Assembly: GCA_032718475.1 (NCBI GenBank)
Contig: JAUCBJ010004655.1
Location: 1-64,000 of the forward strand
Source of the DNA: Nemertoderma westbladi
Lineage: Eukaryota; Animalia; Xenacoelomorpha
DNA: 64,000 bases
Direction: 5' to 3'
The notes under the pieces were generated by a model that made no database searches, had not been told where the DNA came from, and saw only the letters and a program-made list of their open reading frames with translations. Below, piece by piece: positions 13,001 to 25,000 of the stretch. The position numbers and the translations under genes are program-made. The number at the start of each line of letters is the position of its first letter. The stretch's first letter is position 1.

Positions 13001-16000
13001 ACTTCAATCTGGTTGTTGGTAGTATCAAATAACTGGGGACAGTTGTAGCAGTCTGGTTGATGTTAGTATCAAATAATTCAGACTCATAAAGACTGGAGAC
13101 TTCAATCTGGTTGTTGGTAGTATCAAATAACTGGGGACAGTAGCAGTCTGGTTGTTGTTAGTATTAAATAATTCAGACTCATAAAGACTGGAGACTTCAA
13201 TCTGGTTGTTGGTAGTATCAAATAACTGGGGACATTAGCAGTCTGGTTGTTGTTAGTATCAAATAATTTATACTGATAAAGACTGGAGACTTCAATCTGG
13301 TTGTGGGGGTAGTATCAAATAACTGGGGACAGTAGCAGTCTGGTTGTGGGTTGTATCAAATAACTGGGGACAATACTGTAGCAGTCTGGTTGTTGTTAGT
13401 ATCAAATAATTCAGACTCATAAAGACTAGAGACTTCAATCTGGTTGTGGGGGTAGTATCAAATAACTGGGGACAGTAGCAGTCTGGTTGTGGGTTGTATC
13501 AAATAATTCAGACTCATAAAGACTGGAGACTTCAATCTGGTTGTTGGTAGTATAAAATAACTGGGGACAGTTGTAGCAGTCTGGTTGTTGTTAGTATCAA
13601 ATAATTCAGACTCATAAAGACTGGAGACTTCAATCTGGTTGTTGGTAGTATAAAATAACTGGGGACAGTAGCAGTCTGGTTGTTGTTAGTATCAAATAAT
13701 TCAGACTCATAAAGACTGGAGACTTCAATCTGGTTGTTGGTAGTATAAAATAACTGGGGACAGTAGCAGTCTGGTTGTTGTTAGTATCAAATAATTCAGA
13801 CTCATAAAGACTAGAGACTTCAATATGGTTTATTGGTAGGCTCAAATAATTCAAACGCAAAACTACTGGAGACAGCAAGGTCTGGTTGTGGGTTGAATCA
13901 AATTATTCAGACTCACTGGAGGTAGCATATTGGTTGTGGGAGTAGCAGTCTGCAAAATTTCTGTCGTAGTTCTGACTATGTCCTCTAGTTCTACAAGATG
14001 TATCGCGCTTGAAACATAATTCAGGGTTTAAGTCAACCAAACCGTTTATTATTTTGTACACAAATGAAATTGCAGTCGTTCAATATAAGATAGACTTTGG
14101 TCTAAATTGCTTCGAAGTAATCGACGTGTAAAAATCTTTGCACCGATTCTAGGCGGTCACTTTGCCCTAAATAAGGTCTGCTGTTGGAGTGGGGGTTCCA
14201 AACGCAACGGTCTCGGTCTTGCATAAACTTTATATGCAGTTACCAAAGGGATAGGTCTAATTAAGGACAATACTGTTGTATTGATGCCCGTTTAACTATA
14301 GTTTTAATATATTCGCCAAAATTCAATTTGTTATTAATAATTACACCGAGGTCCCTATGATTAATAACGTTACTACTGCATTAATTGTATTTTCTGCGAC
14401 AAGTGTCGGTCGACCGATACTTAGTACTTTACATTTCTTTTTAGCATCTCTCAACTGCCACCCTTTGGACCACTTGACGAATATATCAATAGTTTCCTGC
14501 AGTAGAAAACGTTCAGTAATGTTTGAAAATTTAAAAATATTTTCGCATCACTGGAAATATTATCTGTTAGGTCTCCTACATACATTCCAAAGTGTCCGGT
14601 CCGGTCCGGTCCGGTCCGGTCCGGTCCGGTCCGGTCCGGTCCGGTCCGGTCCGGTCCGGTCCGGTCCGGTCCGGTCCGGTCCGGTCCGGTCCGGTCCGGT
14701 CCGGTCCGGTCCGGTCCGGTCCGGTCCGGTCCGGTCCGGTCCGGTCCGGTCCGGTCCGGTCCGGTCCGGTCCGGTCCGGTGGTCCGGATAATGTTCCTTG
14801 GGCTATTCCCGATTATACTATTTGATATTTTGAAAAAGAGTTGCCCACCTTTACCCGTTGCACCCTATCATTGAAAAATTTCGTGTACCGATTAATGACA
14901 CCGGCACAGCACGCGCCACACGGTACGTACCGATAACGGCTTATGCAGCTTGTGTTGTCTGCATCTGTGATGAATGACTTACTGTTAGGCCTACCTAACT
15001 TAATCATACTGAAAGTATAGTTACTTTATTTCACGCCGTGAGATATACAGTAGGCCCCTAGCCCATATCATATCATTGAGTTTACTTGTTATCGCGGCGT
15101 ATTTTACGCCGACTTGAAAATAAAGATTTATATATTTTTCAGAGATTGAATGTGGGGAAAATATGGAATACGAGGTTTGTCACCTTCCCTGTCAATCGTC
15201 GTGCACTAACATTGAACCGAGTTGTAGTGAGGAGAGTTGCGTAGAAGGTTGTTTTTGCGCCGCCGGTAAGACCTACGACCAAGGTGAATGTGTAGATGCC
15301 CAGCAATGCGGTTGTCGCCATACCAACGGTAATTACTACTCGGTGAGTCTATCATAAAACAAATCAAGAAGATATTGTGTACGGGAAATTTTTGTTTCTC
15401 TTACAGTAGCTTTTATATGCAAATTAGTATATTAGACCTCTACTACCACAGAATATGATTCAAATATTATATTATAATACTGAATTTCAATGGTGTCAGG
15501 CGGCAGAGGTTTATCTGTTCACCAATTTTGTTCTGTATTATTCTAAATTAAAGCCCGATGAAATATGTAAAGGCAAATGTACGCACAATTGATTCTACTG
15601 TAGGCCTACCACACGTACCTACACCTATACACACTTCCTTCCGAACAGCCAAGTAAACTTAGAATCATGGATAATGATACCAATTCCGATAGATAGGGGA
15701 ATGCTAATTAAAAACAAGGATTCACGGTTCATATACTAATCGATAGATTGGGGCGGCAATAATGTGAACGATACCTCTAGGAACGCAGGCAAAAATATCC
15801 CTGATGATAAAGAACTTAAATCACACTTTGAAGGTTTACTAAACCCGGCGGCTGATGCAGTGAAGATTTCGAATCTTCTCACCACATACTTCATTTGGAT
15901 GACCAGTTCAGTGCGAAGGAACTTGCAGAATCTATGGCGAATATAGAGAACTCTAAATCATATTGATACAGTTTGGGGTAGGGCGGGTTGACCTCGGTGT

Positions 16001-19000
16001 GACTAATGAAATGAACAACTCGAAATCATATTGATACAGTTTGGGGTAGGGCGGGTTGACCTCGGTGTCACTAATGAAATGAACAACTCGAAATCATATT
16101 GATACAGTTTGGGGTAGGGCGGGTTGACCTCGGTGTCACTAATGAAATGAACAACTCGAAATCATATTGATACAGTTTGGGGTAGGGCGGGTTGACCTCG
16201 GTGTCACTAATGAAATGAACAACTCGAAATCATATTGATACAGTTTGGGGTCGGGCGGGTTGACCTCGGTGTCACTAATGAAATGAACAACTCGAAATCA
16301 TATTGATACAGTTTGGGGTAGGGCGGGTTGACCTCGGTGTAACTAATGAAATGAACAACTCGAAATCATATTGATACAGTTTGGGGTAGGGCGGGTTGAC
16401 CTCGGTGTCACTAATGAAATGAACAACTCGAAATCATATTGATACAGTTTGGGGTAGGGCGGGTTGACCTCGGTGTGACTAATGAAATGAACAACTCGAA
16501 ATCATATTGATACAGTTTGGGGTAGGGCGGGTTGACCTCGGTGTCACTAATGAAATGAACAACTCGAAATCATAGGAATCTCTCCTGGTGTATTTAAATC
16601 TCTTCCTGGCTGTTGACTAATATTTTTCCTTTTTCTTTTTAATTGTTGTATATTAAAATCTGGTAATGGACTCGATTGTAATAACTTCCGAGGTATCTAT
16701 AAAGTCGACCTTAGGTATATGATATTATAGTCAGTAAAAGTTAGTTGCTTCGGGTGATTTGGATAGGTGTTAGGCTGGTGGGCAAAAAGGTCGTAAATGT
16801 TTGGAGCAAATTACACCACACGATTAAAATATTGATTTTTCCATATATAAGAAACTGAAAGTATATGTCCGCGTCCCACGCAAGAAACCACCTTAGTATC
16901 TAAAAAGTCTCGTGGTGTGGGAAGGTTATGTTGCTAGCCCTAGCCCTACGTGCACTTTATAGTAATATTTAATACAAAATATATAAACCATCTACTCGAT
17001 ATAGTGACGTTATTCTGCTACATGCCCCTCTCCCTTTTTTGGACACCTTCTTCAAACTCTTTTAGCTATAGAGACTGAAAGCAAAAAAATTATGGCTCAC
17101 CCACGAAAGAGGAGAGTGGGGAAACTATCTCTATTTCAAATTTCATGCTAGTGAACCAATTTGACCTGTTCCATTACAGTAAGAATGTTTGAAGCAATAT
17201 ATTAACTACTGTAGAACTGAACGATTTGAACCGTGCTCCACTCGGTACATTAAAGTCGGTAAGACATTAAGTCCTTTGTTAAAAAATATAAGAATTTATT
17301 TGGACTAAAGGTATATCCGTAGGACTATCTAAGTCCAAAACCCTGAACCTATCAAGCACACAATCAATAAACTGAAAATAGAATATCGAATTTTGTAAGG
17401 AGAACGGCGTGATACCTATAGTATTGATTGGTGATTAATATAGGACCATGATTAATATTAAATAATTAAAATGTGAATCTTCTAGGTGGGTGAAACCGTA
17501 ATCAATGCTGATTGCAGCCAGAAATGTAGCTGTACTATGGACCACACAATGGAATGCATCTCTGTGAATTGTCAAGACAATTCCGTGTGCTCCAATGTAG
17601 ACGGAATATATGGTTGTCAGTGCGAGGAGGACTACGAAATGGCTCCGGGTTCGTACTCAAATAATAATTGATTGTTTTCATCAGAGCCGTCACTCGGCCG
17701 TCACTCAACCGTCACTCGGCCGTCACTCGGCCGTCACTCGGCCGTCACTCGGCCGTCACTCGGCCGTCACTCGGCCGTCACTCGGCCGTCACTCGGCCGT
17801 CACTCGGCCGTCACTCGGCTGTCACTCGGCCGTCACTCGGCCGTCACTCGGCCGTTACTCGGCCGTCACTCGGCCGTCACTCGGTCGTCACTCGGCCGTC
17901 ACTCGGCCGTCATTCAGCCGTCACTCAGCCGTCACTCGACCGTCACTCGGCCGTCACTCGGCCGTCACTCAGCCGTCACTTGGCCGTCACTCAGCCGTCA
18001 CTCGGCCGTCACTCAGCCGTCACTCAGCCGCCACTCAGCCGTCACTTGGCCGTCGCTCAGCCGTCACTCGGCCGTCACTTGGCCGTCACTCAGCCGTCAC
18101 TCGGCTCAACCGTCACTCGGCCGTCACTCAGCCGTCACTCGGCCGTCACTCAGCCGTCAATCAGCCGCCACTCAGCCGTCACTTGGCCGTCACTCAGCCG
18201 TCACTCAGCCGTCACTCGGTAGTCACTCAGCCGTCACTCGGCCGTCACTCAGCCGTCACTCAGCCGCCACTCAGCCGTCACTTGGCCGTCACTCAGCCGT
18301 CACTCAGCCGTCACTCGGCCGTCACTCAGCCGTCACTCGGTCGTCACTCACCCGTCACTCGGCCGTCACTCAGCCGTCACTCGGCACTCGACTTTGGCCA
18401 TTAAATGATTATCGCAGCTGAAAAATATTTACAATAATTATTTCTTGTTTTATTTTTCAATATTCAGATATAGTCGTAGTATAGTAGATATAGTAGCTCA
18501 CGGTAGTAGTATAGTAGATACAGTAGCTCACGGTAGTAGTATAGTAGATATAGTGGCTCTCGGTAGTAGTATAGTAGATATAGTAGCTCACGGTAGTAGT
18601 ATAGTAGATATAGTAGCTCACGGTAGTAGTATAGTAGATATAGTGGCTCACGGTAGTAGTATAGTAGATATAGTATCTCACGGTAGTAGTATAGTAGATA
18701 TAGTGGCTCACGGCAGTAGTATAGTAGATATAGTAGCTCACGGTAGTAGTATAGTAGATATAGTAGCTCACGGTAGTAGTATAGTAGATTTAGTAGCTCA
18801 CGGTAGTAGTATAGTACATATAGTAGCTCACGGTAGTAGTATAGTAGATATAGTGGCTCACGGTAGTAGTATAGTAGATATAGTGGCTCACGGTAGTAGT
18901 ATAGTAGATATAGTAGCTCACGGTAGTAGTATAGTAGATATAGTGGCTCACGGTAGTAGTATAGTAGATATAGTAGCTCACGGTAGTAGTATAGTAGATA

Positions 19001-22000
19001 TAGTGGCTCACGGTAGTAGTATAGTAGATATAGTGGCTCACGGTAGTAGTATAGTAGATATAGTGGCTCACGGTAGTAGTATAGTAGATATAGTAGCTCA
19101 CGGTAGTAGTATAGTAGATATAGTGGCTCACGGTAGTAGTATAGTAGATATAGTAGCTCACGGTAGTAGTATAGTAGATATAGTGGCTCACGGTAGTAGT
19201 ATAGTAGATATAGTGGCTCACGGTAGTAGTATAGTAGATATAGTAGCTCACGGTAGTAGTATAGTAGATATAGTGGCTCACGGTAGTAGTATAGTAGATA
19301 TAGTGGCTCACGGTAGTAGTATAGTAGATATAGTAGCTCACGGTAGTAGTATAGTAGATATAGTGGCTCACGGCAGTAGTATAGTAGATATAGTAGCTCA
19401 CGGTAGTAATATAGTAGATATAGTGGCTCACGGCAGTAGTATAGTAGATATAGTAGCTCACGGTAGTAGTATAGTAGATATAGTGGCTCACGGTAGTAGT
19501 ATAGTAGATATAGTGGCGCACGGTAGTAGTATAGTAGATATAGTGGCTCACGGTAGTAGTATAGTAGATATAGTAGCTCACGGTAGTAATATACTGTACG
19601 TAATTGATGTACATAATAATATATATGTACATACAATATACAGCACCGGTAATAAAGTTATACTGTATGAATTATCATTGATTAAATGCTTATAAAGAGA
19701 TACAATACTAATGTTTCAATAAATATTAGGAAACAATCCTTTATAACGGCTGAACTATTGTAATGGGTTACTTCTGAAATTAATGATGACTTCTTTCTAA
19801 TCTTTCTTGCTTCTAATAATATTTAAATATATTTCAGACGGTTCCAACCAATGTATAAAAATTGTGACCGAAGAGGATTTGTGTAACGAGCGCGAGGTAA
19901 GTATGTGCGACTTTACACAACGTACTGTAGCCTATGTACGATCTGTTATTGCATACACTACAGTACTATTTTATTATCCATTATAGGGTTATAGATACGA
20001 AGGTACTGACTGCAACCAAATCAACGAGTGTTTGGAAGGCATTGACGAATGTGACGCCGATGTTAGTGAGTGTGTTGATGAGGATCCGTTATACAGATGC
20101 GACTGTAAAGAAGGATTCACTGAAGTTGATGGTGTTTGTGTTGGTAAGTAAAGCTAATGAACTACTCAGATAACAACATTGAATATCATTTGGTCCTTTC
20201 ATAGATTGTAAATTTAGATGCGTATAAGATGTCGCTAAATTAAGATTCCTTTTATTCACATAAAACACTGTTGTACTGCTTTTACCAGAAGGCCTACCGG
20301 TATCAGGTTTCTGGGTGTATAGATAGCAGTATTTTGCGTGCCGGTAGTGTTCAATGTATCAATGACAGAAGGTACCAGCAGAGGCTTAGCGAGCCCTTCT
20401 AGCGCCCAGGAGAATGAAGCTGAGATAGCCCCCCTCCCCCCCTCCCCCTTCAATAATTTTAACTTTTCATTTATGGTGTTTTTTTTTAAATATTATATAA
20501 CAGAATATAATATTTAAAAAAACATCTATAAAACAGTTTACTAAAAGTATATAACTATATCAAATCTACAATATTATACACAAGTTTGATATAGTGGAAT
20601 TCTAATAATGTATATTGAATGGAGAGCGAAGCGAGCGGAGAAAATTTTTACATTTTTCGCTTATGACACATGTCCTGTATATACTGTATCACAATCCCTG
20701 AATTTTCACTGATTTGTCTTATTTTTACAAGAATACCCTGACATTTGCCTGGCATTTCAGCGCCCCCGGGTGAGTGCGCACGGGGGAACATTCCCCCCCC
20801 CCCCCCCCCCTCGCTACGCCTCTGGGTACCAGCTGACCGGAAGCCGGAGTAAAGTAGTATAGCAGCCTACTGTATGTAACAAATGCAGAAATGTAACTCA
20901 ATAAAAAGATACCGGTACGGGGCTTAATAGTGCAATCATACCTAAGTAGGCATACCTTATAATAATGTTAACTTGTCTGTATGTTCTGACGCGTAGTCTA
21001 CCAGTTCGGTACGTATATCAGTATATTGCAGTATTGTAGGTCTATCTGCCATTGAAAACAACCACTGAACTTGCGGTACACAAATACTGCAATCTATACA
21101 CATGCAGACTTGTGACCGGTACTGGTAAAAGCAGCGGAGCAGAGTGTTAGTCGAACGTGTTCTTAATTTGGCGATATTTTAAACGCAACTTACTTTACAA
21201 TGTATGAAATGACCATATTAAGTGCAATATTAATTTTCACCTGTCTGCATGGATGGTTGTTTATAGATTATCTTTCATCTGGCGGTCCAGTTCGCCACAC
21301 TTTCGATCAAGTTTTGTCTAGAATCGTGTAGTGTACTATCCTAATGCACGAAATCATATCAATGCCGTAATGTACGATTTATACAGGCAAGCGTGTTGGG
21401 CCGCATTTAATTATATCTCAAATTTATAAAATGTTAATTGTCAAGTGACGTCAACACTCAAAGTAAAGATTTTCTAAATTCCCTAAAATACCAAGGTCCC
21501 GTCGTGAAACTCTGTTCTTATAAATTTTCCAATGTAGACGTGGATGAATGCCAGTTGAACAGGGATGAGTGCGACCAATCAACTACCACGTGCGTCAATG
21601 AGGATGGGGGATATACCTGCACGTGTAGAAATGGTTTCAGACCTTCCCAGAACAACCTGCAGTGCGTTAATATCAATGAATGCGAAGAGGGTGGTGATGA
21701 CTGTGACGATAATGCTGAATGTATCGATAACTTTGGAGATTATTCATGTGAATGCGACAACGGTAAGTTCTGAAACCGTTTATGCACCCGTTCATCAGTG
21801 ATTATATATACATAATTATATATATATATATAGTGATAGATTACATGGTAGATTAGTGGTAACAACGTGTTGTTATATTGGACATTACAACACTAGATGG
21901 CAAACATATCACGAATTACGGTACATCCATATATTCAATAGAGAAGTCATTTCGACTTTACAAAACTTGACTTTACTTAACTACTAAGCAGTACTTTACA

Positions 22001-25000
22001 GTTGACATTGAAAATAAATAAATATTGAAATATATATAGGGTATAAAGTTAATTTTCGCCACTGACAGGGATTGAACCCGCGCCAAATACTATTAGGATA
22101 CACTTTGAAAAAATATAACAAACCAATTGGTTACCTAAGTATTTAAACACTTTTTATAGTACGGTAATACAGGCGAGCACTCAGTTGAGTTTCTCAACTA
22201 TAATATAATCTTATAAAAAAGTTGGTAAACGACAACCAATTTACCAGGGGCGGCCGTATTCTTAGTTCTCACTAGCCACAGGTAGTTAGAGATAGCAATC
22301 TAGTCTGACTACCTGTATGGCTAGTGATGACTAAGAATAAGGTCCCAGGTTATTCTGGTGATGTTACCAAGTTCCAATTGTTACAGGTTATTCCGGTAAT
22401 GGTGTTAATTGCGCGGATGTAAACGAATGTGACATTGGTGATGATAATTGCCACGAAAACGCCAATTGTAATAACAACGACGGCGGGTTTGAGTGCGTTT
22501 GTAAAGAAAGTTTCCACGGCGACGGAGTTGCAATATGCGACAGTTAGTATAATAATTAATATTCCATATTAAGTAAAGTAAAGTAAAGAGGTTTAACAAC
22601 CTTTCTGTTGGATTGGAGAGTTGCACAAGAAATGAAAACAAATAAGTTGGTGCCAGTTCCCAAGAAGGGCAACCTAACACTCTATGGTTCTTTTCGGTAA
22701 ATCTCATTGATCTCGATTGCTGCAAAGCTATACAATAGGATTCTATTAAATCGCATCAGGGATCCCATTGAGAGACTGCTCCGTGGAAATCAGAATGGGT
22801 TCCGTAAAGGTCGTGGGACCATGGAGCCCATTTTGGCACTTAGAAGGATAATTGAAGAATTATCAAAAAAGAAAGACATGCATCTGGCTGTTATCTTTGT
22901 TGACTTCTTCAAGGCCTTTGATTCAGTCTCTCGCTCACGTATGTTCAGCATACTTTCATTATATGGGATTCCTGATGAAATTATTGCAGCAATCAGATCA
23001 GTATACGATGGTTCAACAACATTTGTGTCTACTGTTGACGGTGACACAGAACCATTTGAAGTGTTATGGGGCGTCCTCCAAGGAGACACACTTGCACCAT
23101 TCTTGTTCATTATTGTGGTTGACTATGTTCTACGCATGTCCTTAGATCATCATAATGATGATGGGGTGATGATAACTCCACCTACTGGCTCCCGAAGTCG
23201 AGGAAATCCTGCCAAGTACCTAACTGATCTAGACTTTGCTGATGACTTAGGAGTACTCTCAGAATCATTAGAGGGAGCCCAACGGCTCCTCAGCTCATTA
23301 GAACATGCTGCTTCTAGTGTTGGTCTTTTTATTAACTCCAGAAGGACCAAAATTCTGACAGTTAACTTTGAAAGTCCTCAGCAAGTCTCTGATCGGATGA
23401 GCATAAGCTCAAAGGATGGTATGCTTGAGCATGTGGACGACTTCTGTTACCTGAGATCATGGATCCGGAAGTCAGGTGAGGACCTTCGAATACGTAAGGG
23501 AAAGGCATGGGCAGCCTTGAATAGGCTTTCCAGGATTTGGAAGTCACCGAGAATTAATCGGAAACTTAAGGTCCGATTATTTAGAGCAGCAGTAGTTCCA
23601 GTACTCCTCTACGGGAGTCCATGATGGGCTCTAACTGCTGAGGACACCAAATCTCTGGATCGCACATTCACAAGAATGCTACGCCGGGTTCATTGTGTCA
23701 AGTACAATGCACACATCTCCAACCAGACACTATATAACATTGGAGGTGTCTCATTGGTTCCCCCAAGCTTGACACTAGAACAAATTCGCCTCCGCTTTGC
23801 AGGGCATTGCTTTCGCCGTGAGGACCAGCCAGTGCATAATCTTGTACTTTGGCAGCCTCATGGAGTGAATAAGCATGGTGGACAGCCCATGACTTTCTTA
23901 AGACGCATCTTAAAGGACACTGGCCTTAAAGATGCGGATGATCTAGCAAATGTCATGGGTGATAGGGAGTTGTGGCGGTGCAATTTTGTTGACAAGCCGG
24001 CACAGCATTCTTAAAAATGCAGCTGCAATGCAGCATGCCGATCATAGTAGTAGTAGTAGTAGTTGGATTGGAAGACCGGCACTTTAACCGCCACCGCCAC
24101 ATTGACAATAGCATCATATCGATAGATAAGGATAATTTAGTTAAACTTGGCCCATCGCGATTTCTCCAAAAATATTAACATTTCATCTTCAAGGAAGCGT
24201 TTAAACCAAGCATCCAGTGATGGCTTGCTTGAGTATGTGGATGACTACTGCTACTTGGGATCACAGATCCGGAAGTCATGTGAAGCTTAATGACTTTCGG
24301 ATACTTAGGGAAAAGCATGGGCAGCCTCGACATTGGACAGATAGTCCAGGATTTGAAAGTCCCATAGAATAAAACGGAATTTCATGATTCGATTATTTAT
24401 GGCTGTAGTATAGTACCAGTACTCTTATATCGGAGTCCATGCTGGGCTCTAACTGCAGAGGATACTAAATCTCTGGATTGTGTACAATGAACACATCTCT
24501 AATCAGACTCTATACAACATTGGAAGTGTTCCATTAATCTCCCCTAGCTTGATACTTGAACGGAGCCGCCTCCGCTTTGTAGGACATTGCTTTCACCGTG
24601 AGGACCAGCCAGTGCATAATCTTAAGCTTTGGCGGCCTCATGGAGTGAATAAGCATGGTGGGCAGCCCATGACTTTCTTGAGACGCATCTTAAAGGACAC
24701 TGGCCTTTAAGATGCGGATGATCTAACAAATGTCATTGGTGATAGGGAGTTGTGGCGGTGTAATATTGTCGACAAGTCGGCACAGCATTCTTAACATATT
24801 TGTAAGATATATAATGCAGCATGCCGATGGTGGTAGTAGTAGTATAATGAATTCGATATCAGTGCTCGACCGTGGTACTACAATCCGATTGGTGGATTAC
24901 AAAACTACCCACCTCCGAATGATCCCCAGATTAGTCATTACCTATACTGTTTGTGTGTGGTGTAGTTCTCGTTCGATACGCAAATGGTTCCGCTATTGAC

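Noticed and set aside
17640-17700. 11-bp array derived from the exon 5 donor
   Set aside because: Only a weak CGTACTCA/CGTCACTCA resemblance; too short to support.
17610-19695. ORFs over the 11-bp and 30-bp arrays (including 416-aa SSIVDIVAHG repeat) as mucin-like exons
   Set aside because: Exons 5 and 6 join in phase and complete a Cys pattern without them, and no convincing donor was seen; cannot be wholly excluded without RNA data.
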